Positions 13,581 to 27,117 of a stretch of DNA of 64,000 nt are shown piece by piece. The position numbers and the translations under genes are program-made. The notes beneath the pieces were generated by a model, which saw nothing but the letters and a program-made list of their open reading frames with translations, was not told where the DNA came from and ran no database searches. The stretch lies in NCBI RefSeq assembly GCF_009914755.1, contig NC_060931.1; one strand, written 5' to 3'. This DNA comes from the human T2T-CHM13v2.0 reference genome, Homo sapiens. How positions within the stretch are numbered: the stretch's first letter is position 1; each line of letters opens with the position of its first letter.

Positions 13581-16246
13581 CCTCTTGAAAAGATCCTGGC
13601 CCCTGACACGTGCCCTCCCTGGGACGTGCTTGGATCCACCGTGGATCTGGGAACAAGGCAGGCTCCAGCTGAAGGCCTGTGGACAACCACCGAAGGGTGC
13701 AGGGGCAGGACCCTGAAAGCTGCTTCCAACTCAGGATTTCAGTTCTGAGAAAGCAAACCTCATGACCAGTTAAGATGCAGCAGGAACAATTCAGTCAGAA
13801 AAGCCACCCCTCAAATCCTCAATTTCTTTCTCTCTACTGCAAAAAAGCCCCTAAATAGCAAATTGTTTTTAAAAATAAAACGGCAATATTAAAGAGGGCA
13901 TAATTATGTCAACAGCATGAAACTCTGTCTTTTTAGAGTTAGTTGGGGGAGGAATGGTTTGCAAAGCTACCCAGGCCTCTGGCTGGCTTGGCACTGAATC
14001 CCGTTATAAAAGCCCTGAAGTGCTAATAGAAGGTTCCACTGTTCCCAGACTTTCTGTTGTCACTTTTTACATATTCACTGCATAGACAAAAAAGCAAGAG
14101 CTTAATTTTTTTTGCAAACTTAAAGGAAGAAGTTTAAGAACAATTGGAGTTGAAGGTAGATCATTATATCTCCACGGCCCCAAACTCCACTCTGGGGCAC
14201 CTGGTTTTTTGTCTCAGTGGCCCCCACGGGGTTGATGTGTGTGTGGGAGTCATTCAGGCCCCTCCTTGCTGTCAATCTTAGCACAGACCCTCACTCTTGC
14301 TTCCTGCCACAGTCTTAGACCTTGCTCTTGGATAACTTACAGGCTCAGGGAATCTCATGACTGCATCCAAAAGACCTCCTGACTGGCTGTGAGTCTTTGC
14401 TCAAGGCTCAGCAGTAATCGCCTTGTAAAAATAGCAAATGGGGCACTCTCTCTGTCCTCTTCGAGCCCTCTGCAGCATAAGATGTCCCTGGACAGACGGC
14501 CCAGCCTCCAGGGTGCACACACTGACCCACAGTACCCGAGATCCACACCTACCCTGAGACCTTCACACAGAAACCGAGACATCCGAGGGCTTCTGGGCCA
14601 GCAGCTCTTGCGACCAGTTTCATCCCAGTGCTTAATTATGATCTAGCATACTTTTTAGTTCAAAAGCTCTTTTAGGATGTAATGTAAAATGGAGTTTTTA
14701 GTAACTCTGGTAAATACTCGTGGTAAATGTTTTGGAGAAGCCAGGTTGTAATCACAGGGCCAAGTGGAGGCATTCACAGGGTAAGAGAAATTATCAAAGC
14801 AGGCAAAAGGGCCCGAAGACGTGATATGAGGTTGTGCATGTGGATGAAATCCTGTTCTGGGTGACCTACCCTACCCTACCTGGCCTCCGAGGGGCCTTGA
14901 GGAGAAAGCAGGAAGACTGCTGTGCCAGGAAGGCAAAGGAAGCCTTAACTCCACGCACATGTCTCTGCCCCTTTGACAGGAGGTGGAGCTATTTCTGGAA
15001 GGCAGAAAGCTTGCCCGATGTCACAGAGGTGGAAAGTACTGGAGCCAGGATCTAACCAGGGCTCCCCGCCCTGGCTCTGCTTGCCTTTCTTCTCCACTGC
15101 AACCCACTACCCAGCGTGTACCAGGTGGGCTCCAAGGCTTCACACAAAAAGGCTTTTGATTCCATGTGGCCCTGAAGGCCTCAAATTGGGCAGACCCTGA
15201 AGCCTGGAGGTTTGGGGTAAATTACATTTACTTCAGACTAGGGCATAACCAACCAGGGTAGGCTAAATTAATCTCAACAAAAAGGAATGTAATTCTGCCA
15301 TTATTTTTTAGTTCTGTTTTAAATTAATGATATTATTTCTTGATATAAGGGATAACTGAAGCACTACACATGATTATATGGCTCTACTCACCATAATGAG
15401 AACACGCATAATAATCCTGTTCAATTATAGTGACTCAAACCTACTTAAAAAAAATGTGCTTAATAGCCTGCATTGTCCCACCTGAAGTGTTTTGTTGTTA
15501 GCCTGGGAGCAGTTCAGTGTCCCCCACCACAGCTGAGGCTTGACCCTGAGGCCTGGTCTCAGCTCCCCAGGACGCAGCACACTGCCCAGGGCTATGGAGA
15601 TGAGACTTGTGGTCTGATTTCAAATACTGGAGGAGCCCCCACTGTCTGAACACAGCAAAGAGTGTGGTGCAGGTTCAAGGGGTGGCATGGGAGCCGGGTG
15701 CCCCACCCTTAGTGAGACCAGACCCAGAAGGGTGTGGCCTGATAGCCTTGGTTTCCGCTGCAGGGAGTCCTGAGGTCCTGAGTACCAGGAGCTCAGGGCA
15801 GTGCGGATGACTTGGGAGAAGCCTAGCTGGTTGGGCCAGTTGCTAGGGCTGGATGCTGGAGGGAGAACCACAGGGTTGGGGGAGTGTGAGCTGGCAGTCT
15901 CCAGGGCTACCTGCTGGGCTAAGCATCCCAGTTGCTCCTCCTACTGAAGAGACTCTGTTGCGCAGGAAAGGCAACTGTGCTGCACACTAGAGGGTTGTCC
16001 CAGTGGCCTGAGAGGTGTCCCTAGACCCCCGCCAAGGTTGGTGCTTGTACCTGCCCTGGAGAGCCTGGTCACGGGCTTGCCAGACCCAGCCATACCCAGC
16101 TCTGCCGCCTCCAGCCAGGGTGGTGGCAGAGTGCAGGACGGGATCCCTGGGAATCCCGCCCATGGCCAGGGAAACCCTGGTATTTCCCCACATCAACAAA
16201 GGCCAAAAATTCCACTGCTATTATTGCAACTGCCTCTCAACTGCAA

Positions 16247-16260
16247 GCGCCACCTACTGG
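16247..16260 (-). promoter_or_regulatory. CTCF core motif (predicted) inside the L1 5'UTR
   Basis: Minus strand reads CCAGTAGGTGGCGC, an exact match to the CCASYAGRKGGCRS consensus. Occupancy is not shown by the sequence. Confidence 0.6.
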
Positions 16261-19115
16261 CCTGTAGGGTGAACTGCATAACTCAAAGTAATTCCGGCTG
16301 ACAGTATACAGCGGTGGGGGATGAGATAAGCCTCCTGAAACCTCCACCTCCCCATTTCTCTGTAGGAGACAGTGAGTCTGACCACTGGTCCAGCACACTG
16401 TTACTACAACCTACAAACAACTAGCATTTGAGAAAACCACTACACTAAAGCTATCTATAACCAAGTAATTCATAAAAGCCTTGGCCCCCTAAAACTACAG
16501 AGAAGCCAAGACAAAGGAACTTAACCAACATACAGAACAGTCACATCCTCAAGGTGGGGGAGGGAAGAAAAAATACCAAGCAAATGAAAGTAAATTCAAA
16601 AATAAGTAGTGACCGCTTCTACAGATGAGAAGAAACCAACACAAGAACTCCAGCTCCATGAAGAAACAATGTTGTGACATCCACATTAGCCCTCTAGCAA
16701 TGGCTCCTAACCACAATGAAAACTTTGAAATGACAGATAAAGAATTCAAGATATGAAGTGTAAGGAAGCTCAATGAGAGCCAAGAGAAAGTTGAAAACCA
16801 ACACAAAAAAACCAAAAGAGTAATTCTGGAGATGAAAGATGAGATAGATATATTAAAAACAAACAAAACAACAACAACAACAACAACAACTTTTGGAAAT
16901 GAAAAGTTCACTGAAGGAATTTCAAAAAACAGTTGAAAGCTTCAACAATAGAGTAGACCAAGCAGAAGAATTTCAGAGCTTGAAGACTAGTCTTTTGAAT
17001 TAGCCCAGATAAGAAGAAACAACAATTTTTTAAAAAAGAATAAAGCCTTTGAGAAATGTAAGATTATTTCAACCTAGGACTTATAGGTATTCCTGAGGGA
17101 GAAGAAAAAAAATAAGTTTGGAAACATATTTGAGGGAAATAATTCAGGAAAATTTCCCCAAACTTGCTAGAGATGTAGATATGCAGATACAAGAAATTCA
17201 GAGAACCCATTAGAGATACTATAGAAGATGCACATTCACCAAAGAATGGTCATCAGATTAATTCAAGGTCAACATGAAAGAACAAATTTCAAAAGCAGTT
17301 AGATAGAAGTGTCAAATCACCTATAATGGAAATCCCATTAGACTAACAGTGGACTTCTCAGCAGAAACCTTACAAGTCAGAAGAGACTGGGGGTCTATTT
17401 TTAGCCTCCTTTAAGAAAAAAGAAATGTAAGTCAAGAATTTTATATTCTGCCAAACTAAGCTTCAAAAATGAAGGAGAAATAAAGCCTTCCCCAGATAAG
17501 CCAATGCTGAGGGAATTTGCCACTACTAGACAAATCCTACAAAAAAATTCTCAAAGGAGTTATAAAAATGGAAACAAAAGGATGATACTCACCATCATAA
17601 CAGCATACATAAGTAGACAAAGCTCACTGTATAAAGCAATTACACAACTGAGACTATAAATAAACCAGCTAACAACACTATGACAGGAATAACACTTCAA
17701 ATACCAATATTAATGTTGAACATAAATGGCCTAAATGTTCCATTTAAAAGACATGGACTGGCAAACTGGATAAAAAAACAAGACCCAGCCATCTGCTGCC
17801 TACAAGAGACCCACCTGACGGCTAAAGACACCTACAGACTCAAAGTAAATGGGTGGAAAAATATATATCATGCAATGGAAAACAAATGTGAGCAGGAGTA
17901 GCCATTCTTATATCAGATAAAACAGACTTTAAGCTAACAACAGTTTTAAAAAAAGAGACAATGAAGGGCATTATATCATAAGAATGCACTCAATACAAGA
18001 GGACATAAATTTTGGAAATACGTGTGCAAGCACCAAAGCACCCACATTCATAAAACAAATACAACTACACCTAAAAGAAGAGAATGACAGCAATACAATA
18101 ATAGTGGGGGGCTACAACACCCCACTGACAACACTAGACAGGTAACTGAGGCAGAAAGTCAACAAAGAAACTCTGAACTTAAGCTAGACCTGATCAAATG
18201 GAAATAATAAACATTTATAGAACATGCTACCCAGCACCTGCAGAATATACATTTTTCTCATCTGCACATCAAACAAAATTGACCAGATGCTTTGCCATAA
18301 AGCACATTTCAATAAATTTTTTAAAAAATCAAAACCATATCAAGTATCTTCTTGGACCACAGTGTAATAAAATTAAAAATCAATACCATAAGGAACTCTC
18401 AAAACTGTACAAATACGTGGAAACTAAAAAACGTGCTCCTGAATGACTTTTGGGTAAACAATGAACTTAAGGCAGAAAAAGAAATTTTTTTAATGAAAAT
18501 AGAGACACAACATATCAACACCTCTGGAATACAGCAAAAGCAGCGCTAAGAAGTAAGTTTTATAGTGTTAAATGTCTACATCAAAAAGACAGAAAGTTCT
18601 CAAATTAACAACCCAATGTCACACCTCAAGGAACTAAAAAAACAAGAACAAAACCCAAAGCTAGCAGAAGAAATGAAATAAAGATCAGAGCAGAACTAAG
18701 TGTTATTGAGACCCCAAAAAACAAAACAAAACAAAAAAACAAAAAAACCCACAAAGGAGCAATGAAATCAAAAGTTGGTTCTTTGAAAGGATAAATAAAA
18801 TTGATAGCTAGCAAGTTTACCTAAGAACAAAAGAAGATTCACATGAGCACAATCAGAAATGAAAAAGGTGACATTACAACTGATACCACAGAAATACAAA
18901 AGATCATCACAGATTATTATGAACATCTCTATCCACACAAACTAAAAAACCTAGAGGAAATGGATAAATTCCTGGAAACACCCAACTTCCTGAGATTGAA
19001 TCAGGAAGAAACAGAAATCCTAAATAGACAAGTAGGGGTAATAAAATGGAATCAGTAATTATAAAAATCTTCCAATAAAAAAAAAAAAAAGCCCAGGACC
19101 AGATGGATCCACAGC

Positions 19116-19523
<408 letters not shown>

Positions 19524-20148
19524 TGAGAAGAAATTCTTTCCTAACTAATTCTACAAAACCAGTATCACCCCGATACCGAAATCAGGCAAGGACACAACAA
19601 AGTAAGGATACTGCAGGCCAATATCCCTTATAAAAACATAGATGCAAAAATCCTCAACAAAATACTAGCAAAGCAAATCCAACAGTATATTAAAAAGGTA
19701 ATACATCATGATCAAGTGGGTTTACTTCCAGGGATGCAAGGATAGTTTGACATCTGCAGATCAATAAATGTGATTCATCACATCAACAGAACTAAAAACA
19801 AAAACCATATGATTATCTAAATGGATGCAGAAAAAGCATTCAGTAAAATACAACACCCCTTCATGAAAAAAACCCTCAACAAACTAGGCACTAAAAGAAC
19901 ATACCTCAAAATAATTAGAGCCATATAGGACAAAACCACAGCCACTATCATACTGAATAGGGAAGAGTTGAAAGCATTTCCCCCTAAGAACTGGAATAAG
20001 ATAAGAATGTCCACTCTCACCACTACTATTAAAACGTAGCACTGGAAGCCCTAACCAGAGCAATCATGCAAGAGAAAGAAATAAAAGGTATCCACATTGA
20101 AGAAGAGAAAGTCAAATTTTCTGTGTTCATTTGATGGCATGAGTTGTG

Positions 20149-20437
20149 TTTTTTTTGTTTTGTTTTTGTTTTTTGGTAGGGTCTGGCTCTGTCACTTTGC
20201 TGGAATGCAGTGGCGTGATCTCAGCTCACTGCAACCTCCATCTCCTGGCCTCAAGTGATCCTCCCACCTTACCTTCCCCAAGTAGCTGGGACTACAGGCA
20301 TGTGCCATCACACCCATCTAATTTTTTTTGTACTTTAGAGATGAGGTCTCACTATACTGTCCAGGCTGGTCTCGAACTCCTGGACTCACCCACCTCAGCC
20401 TCCCAAAGGGCTGGGATTACAGGTGTGAGACACTGCC
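20149..20437 (-). mobile_element. Old diverged Alu (AluJ-like) nested in the L1 reverse-transcriptase region
   Basis: (TTTTG)n tail plus a diverged dimer; interrupts the L1 just after the decayed FADDM-like motif. Confidence 0.88.
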
Positions 20438-22566
20438 TTAATCTTATATTTAGAAAACCCTAAAGACACTTCCAAAAGACTCCTAGACTTGATAAACGAC
20501 TTCAGTAAAGTTTCAGAATACAAAATCAGCATATAAAAATCATTAGCATTTCTATACAACAATAATATTCAAGCTGAGAACAAAATCAAGAACTCAGTCA
20601 TGTTTAAAATGGCCACACACACACACACAACATACATACACATAATACTTAACAATACATCTAACCAAGGAGGTGAAAGATTGCCACAAGGAAAACTACA
20701 AACCCTCATGAAAGGAATCATAGATGGCACAAACAAATGGAAACACATCTCATGCTCATGGATTGGAAGAATCAGTATCATTAAAATGACTATACTGCCC
20801 CCAAAGCAGTCTACAGATTCAACATAATTTCTATCAAATTTCCAATGTCATTCTTCACATAATTAGAAAAAAAGATTGTAAAGTTCATGTGGAACAAAAA
20901 AAAAAGAGCTTGAATAGCCACAGCAATTCTAAGCAAAAAGAACAAAGCCAGAGGTATCATATTACCTGACTTCAAATTACATGGCTCAAGGAACTAAAAC
21001 AGCATGGTACTGGTAAAAAAACAGACATACAAATCAATGAAATGGAATAGAGAACACAGAAATAAAGCCACATACTTACAACCAACTGATCTTTGACCAA
21101 GTTGACAAAAATAAACAATGGCAAAAAGACATGCTATTCAATAAATAGTGCTGGGAAAATTGGCTATCTCTATGAACATCTCTATCCATACAAACTAAAA
21201 CATCTACAGGAAATTTTAGCCATAAGCAGAAGAATGAACCTGGACCCTTGTCTGAATGAAACTGGACCCCTGTCTCTCACCAGGTACAAAAATTAACTCA
21301 AGATGGATTAAAGACTTAAATGTAAGACTGGAAACTATAAAAGTCCTAGAAGAAAACCTAGGAAAAAACTTTTGGAGTTTGGCCTAGGCAAAGAATTTAT
21401 GACTAAGCCCTCAAAAGCAATGCAACAAGAATAAAAATAGACAAGTGGGACTTAATTAAAAGATTCTGTGCAGTAAACAGACAACCTAGAGAATGGGAGA
21501 AAATATTTGCAAATTATGACAAAGGACTAATACCCAGAATCTAAAATGAACTCAAACAACTCAGCCAGAAAAAACAAACAATCCCATTAAAAAATGGTCA
21601 AAGAACATGAACAGACATTTCTCAAAAGAAGACATACAAGCGGCCAATAAACATATAAAGAGATGCTCAATATCACTAGTTATCAGAGAAATGCAAATTA
21701 AAACCACAATGAGATATCATCTTATACCACGGAGAATGGCTATTACTTAAAAGTCAACAAAACAAAAGATGTTGACATAAGTGTGGAGAAAAGGAAAGCC
21801 AAATACACTGTTGGTGGGAATGTAAATTAATACAACCTGTATGGAAAACAGTATGGAGATTTCCCAAAGAAATAAAAATAGAATTACCATTCAACCCAGT
21901 AATCCCACTACTGGGCATGTATGCAAAGGAAAAGACATCATTATATTAAAAAGACATGCATCTGTATGTTTATCAAAGCACTATTCACAATGGCAAAGAC
22001 ATAGAATCAACCTAAATGTCTATCAATGGTAGACTGGATTTAAAGAGTGGTAATATACACCACAGAATAGTATGTAGTCATAAAAAAGAATGAAATCATG
22101 TCTTCTGCAGCAACATGGGTGGAGCTGGAGGCCATTATCTTAAGTGAATTAACTCAGAAACAAAGAAGCAAATACTACATATTATCACTTAGAAGTTGGA
22201 GGTAAACAATGCATACACATAAACATAAAGATGGAATTAACAGACATTGGGGACTCCAAAATGGAGAAAGATGGAAGGAGGGGGTGAGGGTTTTAGAAAT
22301 TACCTGTTGGGTACAATCTTCACTATTTGGGTGATGGGTACAGTAGAAACTCAAACCTCATTATTATGCAATATATCCATGTAGCAAACCTGCACATACA
22401 CCCCCGAGTCTAAAATTTAAAAATACGTTTTAAAATTCTGCTTTATAATTGATAGATTTCAAGTTTGCAGTGAAAATTAAAAAGATGTTGTTTTTAAAAA
22501 TCCTTTTTTCTAAAGGAGATAAAGTTCTAGAAATAACTAAAGAGTTCTTGAAAGTCAACCATGGTT

Positions 22567-22860
<294 letters not shown>

Positions 22861-25450
22861 AGTCAACCATGGTTTTCAGAGACCCTAATAGGACTTTCCA
22901 CAGTGAACAAGTCTCACTGGCTAAGGGGGTGGACAACAAGATTCAAAGCAGTAGCCTCTACCCTTGTTTTATACCAAGTAGACAGGCTTATTTGGAAGAA
23001 TCAGTTTTGATGTGCTCATCTGCCATTTTTTTAAACTTTTCTAAAATGGATATGCATAGCCTGTTATTTTGAAAAACATGTTTTTATAAAATAGAATCAT
23101 TTTGTCAAAAATAAAATTGAAAACCACTTTTAAAAAATCTCCATTGGTGGATTAAAGGGGAGCAAAGATAAGAAAGTATGGCATGAAAGGCATCTGGGCT
23201 GTGACCCCCAGTACCAGTGTCCTTGCTGGGGTCATCTCTAGAAAGGTTTAATCTGGGCTGAAGATACAACCTGAGGGCTCCTCCCAAACAGGGGCAGGGC
23301 CCTCTTGGAGCTACTGTCCTTTGGGGCTAAGATTCCAGAAGGGACACAGTTAGCTTGCTTTACAGTCAGCTAGAGATTTCTGTTTTCACACATGACTCCT
23401 TGTTGGGTATGGTTTTTGGCTCTAAGGATGCTGGAGATCCCCAAATGGGCTATGTGCCACAATCTGAATTCCTACTTCAATTGTGTGGTCATGACAGAGG
23501 CAGGTCCAGCAGGCACAGAAGGACATGTTGGAGGAATGGCTGCCCCCTTCGAGGTAACCTTCAGACGGGTGACATCATGGAGGAAGCCTGTGGTACATCT
23601 GGAGACACCATGACACCACATTAGGTTTACTGCAAGGCCAAGCATTTAGTCCTGTGCCCCTCCACCCTTCTCTTTAGAAGGTGCTGAACTTCAAGAGGAT
23701 GTTGTAACCCACGACTGTATTTTACTTAGTATTAGAATTTATGCATTTTCCCTTGAGTCAGACATTGCTACAAAACTTGACCATAAAGAGAATTTCACTT
23801 GTCCTCTCAAACCTATGAGGAGAGCCAGCATTCTCTCTCTTCTCTCTGTAGCTTATTTGCCATCCAAATCATCTCACATTTAAAATCTTCCTTTTCTTCT
23901 GATATCTCACTGACCTCATCCATGATATCCAGGAGTATGAGCTGAAGTTTTTCCTAAATTGGAATTAACTTTGGGACTCTCACCTCTATCTAATCTATTC
24001 CTTGTACATTGTTTACAGCACTGAACTGTTTTTCTTGTAGATGGACTCAGGGGAGGGCCTCTGTGGCCTTCCATCCTCAGCTTTGCCAGATCCCAGCCCT
24101 ATGGAGCTGAGCACAGAAAGGCAGGCTGTAGTGCCTGGAGCCTCAGTTTTTCACGTGACACAGGCACAGCACCATCTCCTCTCCAGGGCTAGTCACGCAG
24201 GCTCATGGGAACGCGGTCCTGCTGCCAATCCAGTGAGCGCCTACCACCGTTGCTGGGAACAATTTTTTTGTCTTTCTTCCTCTCCTAAGCTCCTGGACAG
24301 AGAGTCACATCTTGCTCACTCTTCCTCACTCTTGCTTGCTCTTGCTCACTCTGCACTGTCCACCTGTTCGTCTGTTCGATGAATGAACCCTAGGAAAGAG
24401 TTGCTTGCATCACTTCTACTATGCTTGAATTTTATACTCATCAAAAAAAGGGGGGGGGTAGCCTTCATTCAAACCTACAGCTTCTTCCACTCTCAGCCGA
24501 AACGTTTTGCTGGTGACTGTTCAAGTCTTCCATTCAACATTGCACCAAGATGTCCCTATCTGAATGGCTTCCCTCTACTGGAGTGTGCTTAGGGCATGCA
24601 AGTTTCCCTGAAGGGCATCCTAAAAGCCCTGGCACTAGTGTAACAAGGACACATTCATGAGAGCTGTGAAGGGCAGTACATTTAGAACAGATAAGGAAAA
24701 GGACTTTCTTCAGGCCAGAGGCCACTTGGGGGCACTCATTTTCCTGTGTAAGGACAATGACAGCAGCTGAAGGCTGCAGCCACTCATGGTCCCTGCAGCT
24801 GTGCAAAGTTGGGAGGGGTGGAACCATGAGTTCCAGACACACAGACAAGGCAGACCATCACAAACACAAACACGTGGGCAGCTGCAGGGCCACAGTGTCC
24901 ACTCCTGCTGCTCCAACATCTCTGCGGCAGGACAGTCAGCTGGTGACACTGGCGAGAGAAGGCACTGGGACTGCTGGTGGTGACAGCCTTCTCTTGGGCT
25001 GATGCTCAGTGGCCTGAGGATTTACCGTGAGCGAGCCCAGAGTGTGTCTGCAGACTGGCGCCGAGGAGGCAAGGGCGTGGGAAGGCTCAACCTGGCCAGC
25101 GGCAGAGTACCAGGAAGTCTGCACAAACTCACTGCTGCTCACCTGAGGAACACGGGGTGGGGAGAAGGTGAGGAGTTCCGCGGCAGCGACAGAGGCTCTA
25201 CATAGAGGCTTCAAAATCTGTCTCTAACCTAGCTTGCTGAGTGTCTGGGAGTTTTCTTAACTAGCTGTTCTGGGTCCTGTTGCATTCCACTCACTGTCCC
25301 CTCCTCTTGAGCCTCAGAGGCCTAAGCAGGAGGCGGAACCAGCAGGGGAAACTGCAGAGCATGCAGCCAGGAGAGGCAGGACAAAGGGCCATGCACTCAG
25401 AACCAAGGGGCCAGAACAGCCAACCAAAGAGGATGTGGGCTTGGAAACTT

Positions 25451-25690
25451 CACACACACACACACACACGCATGCACACACACACACATACAAACACATG
25501 CACATATGCATACAGATACACAAATGCACACACATATATGCCGTATACACCTACATATATGTAAACACGTACACATATACATGCAAACATGCACAAACAC
25601 ATACACACATGCACATATACACATGCTTCATACATACATATACATATACACATAAATATATATACACATAAATATATATACACATACATA
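25451..25690. repeat. Compound (CA)n/(TA)n alternating purine-pyrimidine simple repeat, about 240 bp
   Basis: Directly visible; explains the low-complexity His/Thr and Cys/Val ORFs here. Confidence 0.92.
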
Positions 25691-25920
25691 TAGGTCGAGT
25701 ATTGCTAATTTAAAAATACAAAATCCAAAAAACTCTAAAATCTGACACTTTTTAAGTGCTGACATGATACTCAACGGAAACGCTCATTGGAGCATTTTGG
25801 ATTTTCAGATTGGGATACTCAGCTAGTAAGTGTACTGCAAACATTTCAAAATCAGAAAAAAATCCGAACTCTGAAACAGTTCTGGTGCCAAGCATTTCAG
25901 ATAAAGAATACTCAATCATT
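25691..25920. mobile_element. Tigger4/MER46-type MITE, opposite orientation to the copy at 6927
   Basis: Ends TAGGTCGAGTATTGCT...AAGAATACTCAATCA. Internal TTCTGGTGCCAAGCATTTCAGATAA is roughly the reverse complement of the 6927 copy's left part. Confidence 0.75.
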
Positions 25921-26200
25921 ATACTCCTACACACACACACGCATAGACACATACATACATTAGTTTTCTATTATAAATATAATGTGTTCATTGTAGCAAA
26001 TTTGGAAACTAAATAAGGAACAAAAAATAATAACTGATATTCCTTCAAGCAGAATGCCTACTCAAGAATGTAGAATGATAGACAAACTGGACAACATCAT
26101 CAGGACAGCACCAGTCAATGGACATCTGCAGAGAGCAGAGGATCGACACAGTCTCAAATCATCTTCCTTCAAATTACTTCTTAATTACAAAAGGAAAATA

Positions 26201-26437
26201 CATTTGACCCTTGGACAACACAGGTTTGAACCATTCGGGTCCAGTAATAAGCATAGTTTTTTCAACCAGATGCAGGTGGAAAATAGAGTCTTGGTGGTAT
26301 TTGAAACCTGTGTATATGAAAGGCCAACTTTTTGTAAATTTGGGTTCCAAGGGCTGACTGCAGGACTGAGTATGAGCGGATTAGGGTACATGCAGGGGGT
26401 CCTGGAACCAATCCCCCATGTACACTGGGGAAAGACT
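26201..26437. mobile_element. MER8/Tigger2-derived MITE
   Basis: CATTTGACCCTTGGACAACACAGGTTTGAAC at one end and GGGGTCCTGGAACCAATCCCCC near the other; TA flanks. Confidence 0.7.
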
Positions 26438-26439
26438 TA

Positions 26440-27117
26440 ATGAGAAACGTAACAGACAACACCCTAATCAAGTCATAAATATCAACATCAGCATAAACTG
26501 GACCAGCCAACATCATCATGCCTGTGGGCCACAGCCTCCTGTCTGTGGACCAGATGGGACTCCAAGGAAACACCACACAAACCAAAATGGCCCTTCAAGA
26601 AATCCCATCCGTCACGACAGGTGTGAAAAGGCTGAGGAACACTCTGTATTAAAGGAAACTAGAGATCTTAAAGTGAATGCAAATGGTTCCTGAACAGGAA
26701 TAAAAGAATAACATAAAAGATGTTTATATGAACAATCGGGGAAACCTGAACGAGGTCTGTAGATTTCAACCCTGCATCTTATTAAGGGTAAATATCCTGA
26801 CTTTGGTAACTTTATTATGATATGTAAGTGAGTAACCCTGTTTTTAGTCAATAGACTCTGAGGTATTTAGGAGTAAAGGGACTTGATATCTACAAATGAG
26901 TCTCAAATGGTCCAAAGAATCATGGTGTGTGTACATATAAATGTATATATGTGCATATATGTATCTCTATATATGTACAGGACAATGGAAATGACTTAAA
27001 ATGTGGCAGAGATATTAACAATTGGGGAATCAGGGTAAAGAATATATGAGAGTTCTTTGCTCTATTACTGCAACTTCTCTATACATTTGAAATTTTTTCA
27101 AAATAAAAGTTTAAAGA
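26440..27117 (+). mobile_element. Old L1M (L1MC-like) 3'UTR fragment
   Basis: Resembles L1MC 3' ends, e.g. GAGTTCTTTGCTCTATTACTGCAACTTCTCTATACATTTGAAATTTTTTCAAAATAAAAG. Confidence 0.65.

Noticed and set aside
25280-25689. His/Thr- and Cys/Val-rich ORFs
   Set aside because: Translations of the CA/TG simple repeat.
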